Shown here in pieces: positions 10,410 to 20,021 of a stretch of 56,021 nt of DNA (positions within the stretch are counted from its first letter, which is position 1; each line of letters opens with the position of its first letter). Where the stretch lies: sequence record SRR20825006_2977; one strand, given 5' to 3'. The notes below the pieces were generated by a model, which saw nothing but the letters and a program-made list of their open reading frames with translations, was not told the origin of the DNA and made no database searches. Position numbers and translations under genes: made by a program.

Positions 10410-11093
10410 ATGGGTAAAGGACTCTTGGGTCGTAAAGTCGGCATGACGCGTTTGTTCAGCGAGACGGGAGATGTGGTCCCAGTGACCGTCATCGACGTCT
10501 CGAGCAACGTGGTTGTTCGCAAGAAGAGCGAGTCGGGCAAGGATGGCTACGCTGCTGTTCAGCTTGGCTTCGAAGAGGCTCACAAGCTCGAGAAAGAGGG
10601 CGAAGAGCCCAAGTGGCGCCTGAGCAAGCCTCGCGTCGGTGTTTTCCAGAAGGCTGGCATCGAGACACCTCGCCGCGTCCTGCGCGAGCTTCGCGTGAGC
10701 GAGGACGAGCTCGACGCCTACGAGGTCGGCGCTGAGCTCGGCGCGGACACCTTCAACTCCGGCGAGTTTGTCGACGTCACCGGCACCAGCAAAGGCCGCG
10801 GCTTCACCGGCGTCATGAAGCGTCACAACTTCAGGGGTACCAAGGCATCTCACGGTGTCCACGAGTTCTTCCGCCACGGTGGTTCGATCGGTATGAGCGC
10901 CTATCCCGCGCGCGTCCTCCCTGGAAAGAAGATGGCTGGTCAGCACGGTAACGCCCGCGTGACCATCCAGAACCTCCGCGTCCACAAGGTCCTCGGAGAG
11001 GACAACTTGATCCTCGTCAAAGGCAGCGTCCCCGGTCCCAATGGCGGGATCGTGATGGTGCGTTCGGCGATCAAAAAGAGCCGCGGCGTCTGA
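10410..11093 (+). CDS. rplC: 50S ribosomal protein L3
   Basis: 'GLLGRKVGMT', 'VDVTGTSKGRGFTGVMKRHNF', 'GKKMAGQHGN', 'VKGSVPGPNGG'. RBS aaggag at 10397-10402. Confidence 0.98.
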   Translation: MGKGLLGRKVGMTRLFSETGDVVPVTVIDVSSNVVVRKKSESGKDGYAAVQLGFEEAHKLEKEGEEPKWRLSKPRVGVFQKAGIETPRRVLRELRVSEDELDAYEVGAELGADTFNSGEFVDVTGTSKGRGFTGVMKRHNFRGTKASHGVHEFFRHGGSIGMSAYPARVLPGKKMAGQHGNARVTIQNLRVHKVLGEDNLILVKGSVPGPNGGIVMVRSAIKKSRGV

Positions 11094-11159
11094 GCACGAC
11101 TCGTGCTTGAAGAGAAGGCACCGTGAGCCTATGATGCCTCCACCATGTGAGGCGAGGCG

Positions 11160-13361
11160 ATGGCTTCCGAGAAGCTCAAAAAATACCTGGCTTACTACCA
11201 GAAGACGCTGCGCGATGATCCCGAGAACATCGAAGCGAGGCTGCGACTCGCTGCCTTGTTTCGAGAGATGGGGAACATCGCGCACGCGATCGAGGAGTAT
11301 GTCACAGCTTCCAAGCTGCTCGCCGCCCAGGGCTTGCCCCTCGAGGCGATCGCCGCTTGCAAGGCTGTGCTCGAGCTCGACCCGACACACACCGAGGTCC
11401 AGCTCTTCCTCGCCAGGTTATTCGCCCAGGCGCCTGACGCTGCGGGCGCCGGCGCACGCATCGCGCGACCTGTCGCGACCCCCGGCGTGGGGGTCGCCAG
11501 GCGCGTCCTGACTCCCCCTCCAAGTCCAGCCATTCGCCCTGCGCAAAAGATCGAGCAGCTCTCCACCGACGAGATGGCTGCCTTCGAGCGCAGCGGCGCC
11601 CAGCCGATCACGCTCGCTCAACCCAAGGGACCCGACGCAGAACTCGGTGATGAGGACTCCGAGGAGGATGTCCCCACGGGCGTCCATCACGCGGTCGATC
11701 CTGTCCCCGCCATGAACGTCGACAACACCGAATCGGCGACCGTCTCCGCGCGTCCTCCAAAACCATCGACGCCCGTATCGACGCCTGCCGCCGAAACCGT
11801 GGTCAAGCCCGCCGCTGCGTCCGAGTCGACTCGCACCTATCAAACGCTCGATCCTCGTATCCTCGATGCCGCCTCGGCGAGCTCGGATGATACGGTGATG
11901 ATCCCCATGGACGAGCAGACAAGCGTGACCTCTTATCCCGCATCACCAACGGCTATCGCGCGTAAAGAGGTCACCTTCGCAGCGGCTCCCGAGGAGATCG
12001 CGAGGTTGCGCAGCCAGACCTCTGATGAGATGCGCGAGACCGTCGAGTTCTCCTATATCGACGAGCTCCGCAAGACGCAGGCTGTCGATCCCGAGCAGAT
12101 CGAGACCTCGCTCGAGGAGAAGTCCCAACCTCCATCACTGCCCGCGTCGTTGTTTGCGCTCGCTGATCGCCGCGAGACGCTCCCCATCACCGAGGCCGTC
12201 GGCCAGGATGGGTTGATGACTGGGCGATGGCATCCTATCGATCGCAACCTCGAGAACGAGCTCAAGAAGGAGCTCGAGGACGGGCTCTCCAACTCGACCG
12301 AGCCGCTCACCGACGAGACCACGTTGGAGCAAGACAAGCGGCAGGTGAACAGCGAGGAGACCTTCGATCTCAAGGTCTTCGATATGGAGGGCATGGATCT
12401 CGAGAACTCTTCGTTCGATTCATTGCTCGATGAACTCAGTGATGGCGTGCGAGAGCACCTCGATGACCTCGACTCCGAACCCTTCGTCGATGACGGGACC
12501 TCGAAGTCAGTTCGTATCAATCGCGAAGACCTCCCGGACATCCCGCTCTTTAGCAACGTGAATCATCGCGCCTTCGTGAAGTTCCTCGAGAGCGTCGAGG
12601 CGCGCGAGTTCGAGGCTGGCGAAACCATCGTCGAAGCCAACCACGACAAGCGCTGCATCTACATCATCGCGCGCGGCAAGACGCAGGCGAGCAAGCACGT
12701 CGACGGCCAGGAGCTCTTCCTTGGCGAGTTCGCCGAGGGGGATTTCTTTGGAGAGTTCGAGCTCCTGACGGGTCGCCCGAGCGCTGCTCAGATCGTCGCC
12801 TCGACGAGAACCTCCGTGCTGGTCGTCACCGAGGAGGCGATCCACGAAGTCGCCGAGGAAGATCCCGAGATCTGGGACACGCTCTGGGATGTCTATCACA
12901 TTCGGATGCTCAACAACCTGATGGCGTCTAACACCATCTTCAGGCACCTCCCGAGCACGACGCGCGACGAGGTCCTCGATCTGTTCGAGATCGAAGAGCA
13001 CCCTCCTGGCGAGGTTGTTCTGCAACCTGAGGAGCCCTGCCGCTTCGTGTGTCTCGTGTTGTTCGGTGAGCTCAACCTCGAGCCCACCGATCCCAAACTC
13101 CCCAGCAAGATCCTTCGCGAGGGCGAGTTCTTCGGGTTCGTCGCGAGCCTGTCCGATGACGCCTGCCGCGCGCTCATTACATCGACACAGGACACCACGC
13201 TGCTCTGCCTCTCGGCGACGCATTTCAGGCAGCTCACGCGCCAGCACGCGGGCATCGCTCGCGAGATCCGCGCGATGCTTCGCTCGCGCGTCACGCGCAA
13301 TGACCTCTTCCTCACCGGGATCACGCGCTACGCGGACACGGGCCTCGAGAACGGAAACTGA
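11160..13361 (+). CDS. TPR plus tandem cyclic nucleotide-binding domain protein
   Basis: N-terminal TPRs, a long acidic Pro-rich linker, then two cNMP-like domains ('GDFFGEFELL', 'GEFFGFVASL'). Confidence 0.8.
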   Translation: MASEKLKKYLAYYQKTLRDDPENIEARLRLAALFREMGNIAHAIEEYVTASKLLAAQGLPLEAIAACKAVLELDPTHTEVQLFLARLFAQAPDAAGAGARIARPVATPGVGVARRVLTPPPSPAIRPAQKIEQLSTDEMAAFERSGAQPITLAQPKGPDAELGDEDSEEDVPTGVHHAVDPVPAMNVDNTESATVSARPPKPSTPVSTPAAETVVKPAAASESTRTYQTLDPRILDAASASSDDTVMIPMDEQTSVTSYPASPTAIARKEVTFAAAPEEIARLRSQTSDEMRETVEFSYIDELRKTQAVDPEQIETSLEEKSQPPSLPASLFALADRRETLPITEAVGQDGLMTGRWHPIDRNLENELKKELEDGLSNSTEPLTDETTLEQDKRQVNSEETFDLKVFDMEGMDLENSSFDSLLDELSDGVREHLDDLDSEPFVDDGTSKSVRINREDLPDIPLFSNVNHRAFVKFLESVEAREFEAGETIVEANHDKRCIYIIARGKTQASKHVDGQELFLGEFAEGDFFGEFELLTGRPSAAQIVASTRTSVLVVTEEAIHEVAEEDPEIWDTLWDVYHIRMLNNLMASNTIFRHLPSTTRDEVLDLFEIEEHPPGEVVLQPEEPCRFVCLVLFGELNLEPTDPKLPSKILREGEFFGFVASLSDDACRALITSTQDTTLLCLSATHFRQLTRQHAGIAREIRAMLRSRVTRNDLFLTGITRYADTGLENGN

Positions 13362-13388
13362 CGCGCGGTGATACCGTCGTCGTGCCGA

Positions 13389-13477
13389 GCAAAAAAGAAG
13401 CCGCCGAAAAATTATGCTGAGAGGTTTCAGAGCGACTGATTCCATCGCACATAATTTTTCGGCGGCTTCTTTTTTGC
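13389..13477. repeat. 28-bp perfect inverted repeat with 33-nt spacer; member of a dispersed repeat family
   Basis: gcaaaaaagaagccgccgaaaaattatg (13389-13416) pairs with cataatttttcggcggcttcttttttgc (13450-13477). A near-identical left arm recurs at 55993-56021. Confidence 0.85.
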
Positions 13478-13588
13478 GGGCGAAGCGCCGGTGGTTTTCG
13501 TGAACTGCGGGGTAGACAGATATAGTGTCGGCGTGAAATCTTGCCGCACTCATACCTTTTGATGTTTCCCTGATTCGAGGAAGAAGTG

Positions 13589-15055
13589 ATGGCAGCAAGA
13601 GAAGACGAACGCTTTGGTGAGCTCCGTTCGATGGTTCATGGTGATCGCAGCAGGCAAGCCTTCAAGGAGCTTTGTGTCTGGGTCTCGCGACTCGAACAGG
13701 ATAATCCAGGGAGCTTCTCGCAAGAGATGCTCGCCTACGCCAAGGAGAACCTCCAGGCCTGGTCGCCTTATACGACCTCCCTGAAGTTGCAATGTCACGA
13801 GCTCGATCGCGTCGCGTCGGTTCCGTGGCTCCCGATGGTTCGCGGAGTCACGCTGGACGGCTTCGCGAGCCACAAGGTCGACACGGTCGTCGAACAACTC
13901 ACGTACATGCCGTGGCGTGAGCACCTGGGGATCGATGGCTTGTCGATCCGGCAGAACGACTTCCTCCAGGCGATCGATGATGGGCTCTTCGATGGATTGC
14001 GTTCGCTGGAGATCCGCAACTGCCCGCTTCGCACAAAGACCTTCGAGCCATTGATAGAGCGGTTGGCCGAGCGCGAGGCGTTGGCTGATTTGGAAGAGCT
14101 GCGCTTCCATAACTGCAACATCAAGGCGGCGCATATCGATTTGTTGTGCGCCTCATCATTGCTTGGTCGATTGCGTGTGCTCGGCCTCGGTGGAAACACC
14201 AGCGTGAAATCCTCTGGCGTCAAGGCGCTGCTCCGATCCATCACGAAGTTCGAGCGCCTCGAGCGCTTGTTGCTCGAGGAGACCGGCCTTAACAACGCCG
14301 CAGCAAAGCTCATCGCGAGCGCGACCTTGCCGCGCTCGCTCGTGCATATTGGCCTTGGCAGAAATGAGCTCAAGTCCGCAGGGCTAAAGGCGCTGGCCAA
14401 GGTCGGGCGAACCAAAATGCTCGCTGATCGCTCTGGCGAACAGTTGCTCGACACGTCGAGCTTTGCCTTTGACGAGGCCGCGATTCGCGCCTGCGTGGAG
14501 GATGGCATGTGCGACGATGTCGTGCATTGGAAGATGGGAGGTTGGAACTCGGAGCTCCCCTCGCTCGACGTCGTGCGTGAGGGCGCGGACTTCGGGAAAC
14601 TGCGCGGGATCAACTTCGATGGCCTCTATGTCGAGGACCAGGAAGCGTTCGTGACCTTTGTCGAATCACTGGAGGCTCTCGATAAGCTCTACTTCGTGCC
14701 TCACGAGGACGAGACGTTAATCCGCCTCGTGAAGGCGCCAGCCGTGGCGAATGCTCGAGAGCTGAGCTTTGGCTTTGGCGATGCTCATGGCGCCGAGGCG
14801 CTCGGAGCATTGCTCGAATGGCCTGGCCTGGATCGTGTCGTCGTGTTGTCTGCGCGTTGCATGGTCACCAAGGGGAGTGAGGTCTACCATCGCGCGCTGG
14901 AGTCCGGCGAGTTCTACGAAAACAAGGTCTTCGACGATCAGGCTGACCTCTGGTCATACAAGAGGTATGAGCCCGAGCATGAAGACGTGAGTGTTTATGG
15001 CGATGGGCGTCTGGCCTCGAAGTGGATCATCAAACATGCCTGGAAGCAGCGGTGA
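13589..15055 (+). CDS. Leucine-rich repeat protein
   Basis: LEELRFHNCNI, LRVLGLGGN, LERLLLEETGL and LVHIGLGRNEL repeats. Confidence 0.75.
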   Translation: MAAREDERFGELRSMVHGDRSRQAFKELCVWVSRLEQDNPGSFSQEMLAYAKENLQAWSPYTTSLKLQCHELDRVASVPWLPMVRGVTLDGFASHKVDTVVEQLTYMPWREHLGIDGLSIRQNDFLQAIDDGLFDGLRSLEIRNCPLRTKTFEPLIERLAEREALADLEELRFHNCNIKAAHIDLLCASSLLGRLRVLGLGGNTSVKSSGVKALLRSITKFERLERLLLEETGLNNAAAKLIASATLPRSLVHIGLGRNELKSAGLKALAKVGRTKMLADRSGEQLLDTSSFAFDEAAIRACVEDGMCDDVVHWKMGGWNSELPSLDVVREGADFGKLRGINFDGLYVEDQEAFVTFVESLEALDKLYFVPHEDETLIRLVKAPAVANARELSFGFGDAHGAEALGALLEWPGLDRVVVLSARCMVTKGSEVYHRALESGEFYENKVFDDQADLWSYKRYEPEHEDVSVYGDGRLASKWIIKHAWKQR

Positions 15056-15065
15056 TACGCCCACA

Positions 15066-15890
15066 TTACTCGACGGTGCCTGTGAAGAACATGATCGCGC
15101 CGTGGAGCTCGTGCCTGAGCTCCAGAAAATCTGCGGCCTCCAGGTCGTGGAGTAGGAACTCCGGAGCGCGAAGCATCGGGTAGATTCCCGACTGCTCCAG
15201 GCGGTCGAGCGTCGCGTCCGCGATGTACTCCTGTCCTCGCACCAGCGCCGAACCGGAGAGAAACCCACCCTGTTTCAGGCAGCGCTTGAACTCGGAGAGC
15301 GTCGCCTGCCGGTTGAGGAAGGTTTGCAACCCGTTAAAGCTCTGCATGCTGTCCACGACGCCAGGCCGCAGCGGGAGGTTCTCGTAGTCTGCGCGTAACA
15401 GGTGCACGGGTTGCTTCAGATGCGCGAGGCGCTTCTTTGCTTGCCTGAGCATGTTCCACGAGCGGTCGACGCCCAAAATCGTCACATCATGATAGCTCGC
15501 CGTGACCTTATCGAGCACGAGCCCGGTCGAGAGCGGCGCGCGTAGGTATACGCCTCCGTTTGCTCGGCCCAGCGCGCGGTTCTCGCTATCGACCCAGCGA
15601 AGGGGAGGGCACCGCCATACCGCCAGGCTCAGCACTGGTGCGCCAAGGTGATAGACCCCCGCGACGAGGTTGAGCAATGTCTCGGTTCGATAAACGCCGG
15701 GCTCAGGGGTTTCGCGTGGGGGGATCAGATCGGGGATGCCATCGACGATGGGATACTGCGTCTTGCATGAGGGGCAGTCGAGCGTCGGGAGGCGTTTGCT
15801 CCCGAGCGCCAACTCTTCATGGTGGCATTGTGGACACCGCAGCATCGCGAGCAGCGAGGATGAGATCATGCCTTGCCTTTGTCTGGCCAT
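15066..15890 (-). CDS. Trm112-like Zn ribbon fused to a class I methyltransferase-like domain
   Basis: CPQC...CPSC 'YPIVDGIPDL'; 'GVDRSWNML', 'ADYENLP', 'EFKRCLKQGG'. Start abuts the upstream stop. Confidence 0.75.
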   Translation of the reverse strand: MARQRQGMISSSLLAMLRCPQCHHEELALGSKRLPTLDCPSCKTQYPIVDGIPDLIPPRETPEPGVYRTETLLNLVAGVYHLGAPVLSLAVWRCPPLRWVDSENRALGRANGGVYLRAPLSTGLVLDKVTASYHDVTILGVDRSWNMLRQAKKRLAHLKQPVHLLRADYENLPLRPGVVDSMQSFNGLQTFLNRQATLSEFKRCLKQGGFLSGSALVRGQEYIADATLDRLEQSGIYPMLRAPEFLLHDLEAADFLELRHELHGAIMFFTGTVE

Positions 15891-18800
15891 TCAGTTCTTA
15901 CACTGTTTCTTGTGAAGTTCTTCGATCTCTTTGGCGCGATCATCCTTCGAGACGGCGCGCAGTGTCGCGGGCATCGCCTCGAGGGTGGGGCAGTGATCGG
16001 CCTGGGCCTCGAGGGCGAGGTCGAAGTAGGCGAGCGCTCGCTCCTGATCTGGCTTGCGCTGGTAGAGCGTGTGAATCGCACGCACGTAATTGAGGCCGGC
16101 GTGATTTTCGTTCCCGCGGCTCGCCGCGAGCGAGAGGTATGCAGCGACGTTGTTGTCCTGCCACCCCTTCTTGTTGGTCCAGGCGAGCGCGCGTTGGAGG
16201 TAAGCCTCGGTGATAAACCACGTGGGGGCGTTGCTTTCTGTCAGCAGCGTCGTCGCCTTCTGGAGGTTCTCCTCGGCATCCTCGAAGCGCTCCTGCCTGC
16301 GTCGGAGTTCTCCGAGCGCGAGCCAGGCGTAGCCGCCCCAGACCGGATCACTCAGGTGTTTCTTGAGCGGTTCGGTGGCTTCTTCGAGCTTGTTGACGCG
16401 CACCTGCGCGTAGGCGAAGAAGACGGCCGCCTCGGTGTTGGTGGGCGCGAGCTCTTTGGCGCGCTTGAGCTGGGAGTAGGCCTGAACGTAACGCTCGGAG
16501 TGGAACGCGTGGAGGCCGAGCAGGAGGATCACGCGAGGATCATCGGGGGCCTGACTCTTTAGCGCGTCGACGAGCTTTTGGGCTTGTTCGGCGCGATCCG
16601 AGAGGAGCAGCGTCCTGGCGAGCGCGACGCGCACCGTGATGTTCTCGTGCTCGGTGAGGTTGTCGAGTGATTCGAGCGCTCGGATCGACTCGTCGGTCTT
16701 GCCCATCTGCGCCATGACATCGGCGCGCGTGACCTCTCCGGGGACGTTATCCTCCACGAGCTTGTGAGCATCCTGACAGTAGCCATAGGCGCGCTCGAGC
16801 GCGCCACGGCGCGCGAACACGCGGCAGCGATCAAAGAAGATCGGGGCGTCGAACTCCGAGGCCGCGAGCGCCTGTGAGAATCGCTTGTCCGATTGCGCCT
16901 GGAGGTCCTTGCGCTTGCTGTTGTTTTCTTCCTGTTGGGCAGCGAGCGCCTTGACCCTGGCGCCAGCGTGAAGCACGCCAGCGGAGTTCGGGTGTTTGTC
17001 GATGAGCTTGTCGAGCTCCTTGTCGATCTTGTTGATGTGCGCGGGCGCGGCCAACACACGGGTGAGCATCGCGTGCGCTTCGGCGACGCCTCGAGGGTCT
17101 TCTTCCTTGGCGACCGCTTCGTAGTATTTTTGAGCGCGCGTGTAGTCTTGCATCTGCAACGCGGCGTCCCCCTGGAGCATGGCCTTGGCTGGCAGCGCGT
17201 CTGGTGCTTGCTCGAGGATCTCGAGGGCGGCGCGCGGCTCGCCATGGAGCAGCGCGAGGTCAGCCCGCAGGAGCGTGATCATGGGAGACTTGCTCACCTT
17301 GGAGAGCTTCTGGATGCGCGACTGCGCGGCGTTGCTCTGCCCCGTTTTGATCATAAAGTCGATCAACGCGAGCGAAGGCTCGGGGCGCTCCGAACAGAGC
17401 GCCTCGGCTTCGGTCAGCAGAGACCTCGCTTTCTTGATCTCCGCGTTCGCGCTGTAGTGCGCCGCGAGCGCCTGCGAGATCATCGCGCGGGTGCAGTCGG
17501 GATAGCTCCCCTCGTCCTCGCGCGCGTTCTCGAGTGATCGCAAGACCTTGTTCGCCTCACCATCGGGGAGGTTGGTCAGCTGGATCATGATCATATTGAC
17601 GTCGAGGTGATCGTCCTCGGTCATCTTGAGCGCGGCCTTGAGCGGCGGCAGCGCGTCTTCGCCAACGGCAAAGGCCGCGCGCCCGACGTACTTTTGTTGC
17701 CGGAGCGAGAGCGTCGAGCTCTCGCGCAACTGCTGCGCGACTTGCCACGCCTTGGCCGGTTGCCTGGACGCGAGCAGCGCATCGATCACAGGCAACAGCA
17801 GGTCGAGATCGCCAGGTTTCGCGGCGCTCGCCGCCCTCGCTTGCTCGAGCGCCGCGAGCGGGTCCTCGCTCATCTTCGTGTAAGCCATGGCCGCGATGAC
17901 TTGAGGGTGTTCCTTCCCCAGGACATCGCTGGCCGCCTTGATATGCTCGTTCGCCTCGAAGCTGCCAGGCTTGCCATACTGATATTCGAGCGAGGCCGAG
18001 AGCAGGGCGAGGTCACCCAACAGTCGATGTTTGCGCGTCGATCCCTTCAGCCCTGGCAAAAACGTGAGCTCGCCAGCGATCATGTTGTCGATCCCGTCGC
18101 CCAGAAAACTCGAGCGCCCGAGCGCGTCGACGAGCTGATTGTAACCAGCCTTTCGACCCTGGAAGGAATCCTCTCTGATGTTCGCGAGCGCGGATAACGT
18201 GCGCTCGTCGAGCTGCTTCATCAGCGAGTGGTCAGCCCCATAGAGCATGCCGAGGATCGAGCCCGATGCGACTGTGAGAATGAACAACACCCCGAGGATC
18301 ACCTTGGCGACCTTCGTGTTCTTCTGCTTCTTCTCGGGCGACGCGCTGGCCTGCGTGTCGAGCGAAGGTTTTCGAGTACGCTGTCGACCTCGCTGGTCCT
18401 CGACGACCGATGAGATCTCCTCGAGTTGGTTTGGCTCCATATCCAGCTGGAGCGAGTCCTCCGAGAAGTTCCTCGCTGGCGCGCCCTGGCGTTGCGCGGG
18501 TTGATGCGACCTCGACGAAGGCGCAGCGGGGCCTCCTATCGCTGGCCTCGCGCCGAACGAAGGCGCGTCAGACGCCTCGGGGATTTGCGCGTGGTGCTCG
18601 TTTTGAAAGGAGGGGCCTCGAGGGATCGGCTTCGGGGCATCCTCGGCTGAGAGTGAGAACAGGTCGCTCGGATTGCCGAACACGCCGACCTGGAGGTCGC
18701 TCTTTTCTGTCTCCATGCTGTTGTCTGGCATGGAGAAGCGAGCCGCCAGAGACGGATTGCCCAGCATCGGCATCGACTCGTCCGCGGGCGCTTGCGGCTG

Positions 18801-19829
18801 CGCTTGTTGCGGCTGCGCTTGTTGTGGACGGTGTTGTTGTTGTGGACGATGTCCCGGTTGCTGCCCGCCGCCCCCGAATGGGATCGCATCGGGCGGCATG
18901 GAGCGGGTGCGTTCAGCGCCCTGATACTGCTGCTGGATGTTAAAGGATTCCTCGTCACCGAGCGCGCGGGTTCGATGCCCGTGCGCGTCGAAGGTGACGT
19001 CGTCGTGGATATCTTGCTGCGCGCGCTGTTGGACGCGCGAGAGCGCCTCGGAGCGGCTGAATGCTTTGGTCGGCTCTTCGTCGGAAGGGCCGATGGGCTG
19101 ATACAGATCGGGTGACGCCGCCAGCGTCGGCACATCGTGCGATGGAGGCGCTGTGGCGGTCGGCAATCCGTGGAGATGAGGCGGTGGGCCAGAGACTTGC
19201 TCGGTGTAATCCGAGAGCAACCCGGTATCCCAATCGATCTCGAGCGCGGCGGTCTCGTCGTTGATCGACTCCTGATAGGTCGAGGCGGAGTCGGCCATCG
19301 GGAGGAAGTTCTCCGCGAGCAGCGACTGCTCCATGGTCGAGTCTTGAGAGGCATCGCTGCGCTGTGAGAGCCCCATGCGTCGCGTCGTGAGCAGGTTTTG
19401 CAGGTTGGCGACGACGGGTGGGGCGACGCCCGTTGCGCGCGCCTGCGCGATGAGGTTCTGCGCGCGTTCGTATTCGGCGACCTCGATCAAACACTCGCAC
19501 ACCAGGATCAATGTCTGCTGGTGATGTGGGCTCGATTTCAAGATCGGAATCAGCGTGATCAGCGCGTGCTGAAAGCGCTGGAGCCGAAAGAGGAGGTTGC
19601 CATGAGCAGTGCGCAGCGTCTCCGATGGGGCTCGCTGTACTGCGAGCCCGAGGAGTGCCGCCGCGCCTGGTTCGTCCCCCCGATATTCCAATGCGCGCGC
19701 TGCCGCCAGAAGGTCTCTCTCTGTCCGAGGAAGTCCTTCGACGAGCGCTCGCTGCTCTGGTGTCGGTTGGAACAAAGCTGCTGCCTGCTCGATAAGAAGT
19801 CGGTCGCGTCTGCGTGAGGAGTACCACAT
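15891..19829 (-). CDS. Large bitopic TPR protein
   Basis: N-terminal TPRs, a Pro/Gln-rich linker, one TM segment (VILGVLFILTVASGSILGMLYG), then ~750 aa of TPR-like helices. Start uncertain. Confidence 0.75.
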   Translation of the reverse strand: MWYSSRRRDRLLIEQAAALFQPTPEQRALVEGLPRTERDLLAAARALEYRGDEPGAAALLGLAVQRAPSETLRTAHGNLLFRLQRFQHALITLIPILKSSPHHQQTLILVCECLIEVAEYERAQNLIAQARATGVAPPVVANLQNLLTTRRMGLSQRSDASQDSTMEQSLLAENFLPMADSASTYQESINDETAALEIDWDTGLLSDYTEQVSGPPPHLHGLPTATAPPSHDVPTLAASPDLYQPIGPSDEEPTKAFSRSEALSRVQQRAQQDIHDDVTFDAHGHRTRALGDEESFNIQQQYQGAERTRSMPPDAIPFGGGGQQPGHRPQQQHRPQQAQPQQAQPQAPADESMPMLGNPSLAARFSMPDNSMETEKSDLQVGVFGNPSDLFSLSAEDAPKPIPRGPSFQNEHHAQIPEASDAPSFGARPAIGGPAAPSSRSHQPAQRQGAPARNFSEDSLQLDMEPNQLEEISSVVEDQRGRQRTRKPSLDTQASASPEKKQKNTKVAKVILGVLFILTVASGSILGMLYGADHSLMKQLDERTLSALANIREDSFQGRKAGYNQLVDALGRSSFLGDGIDNMIAGELTFLPGLKGSTRKHRLLGDLALLSASLEYQYGKPGSFEANEHIKAASDVLGKEHPQVIAAMAYTKMSEDPLAALEQARAASAAKPGDLDLLLPVIDALLASRQPAKAWQVAQQLRESSTLSLRQQKYVGRAAFAVGEDALPPLKAALKMTEDDHLDVNMIMIQLTNLPDGEANKVLRSLENAREDEGSYPDCTRAMISQALAAHYSANAEIKKARSLLTEAEALCSERPEPSLALIDFMIKTGQSNAAQSRIQKLSKVSKSPMITLLRADLALLHGEPRAALEILEQAPDALPAKAMLQGDAALQMQDYTRAQKYYEAVAKEEDPRGVAEAHAMLTRVLAAPAHINKIDKELDKLIDKHPNSAGVLHAGARVKALAAQQEENNSKRKDLQAQSDKRFSQALAASEFDAPIFFDRCRVFARRGALERAYGYCQDAHKLVEDNVPGEVTRADVMAQMGKTDESIRALESLDNLTEHENITVRVALARTLLLSDRAEQAQKLVDALKSQAPDDPRVILLLGLHAFHSERYVQAYSQLKRAKELAPTNTEAAVFFAYAQVRVNKLEEATEPLKKHLSDPVWGGYAWLALGELRRRQERFEDAEENLQKATTLLTESNAPTWFITEAYLQRALAWTNKKGWQDNNVAAYLSLAASRGNENHAGLNYVRAIHTLYQRKPDQERALAYFDLALEAQADHCPTLEAMPATLRAVSKDDRAKEIEELHKKQCKN

Positions 19830-20021
19830 ATACTTATAGATATGAGGATCTCCAAGAGAGGTTTGCCGACCCAGGAAAACCTCGGTGACGCTATCATAGC
19901 CTCTTATCCTTCGTAAAGCAGATGACCTTGGCCAAAAAGTTGACTGCGGGCCGCAAAAGGCCAGGATCGAGCATGGTTGCACTATGCAGCCGCACACACT
20001 GACTCGATCAAGGACGATGCG

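Noticed and set aside
13389-13477. CRISPR-like repeat-spacer dimensions (28 bp / 33 nt)
   Set aside because: The arms are inverted rather than direct, there is only one unit, and no cas genes were seen.
18792-18850. 15-bp tandem repeats
   Set aside because: They encode the QQAQP/QQHRP linker of the TPR protein; ordinary low complexity.
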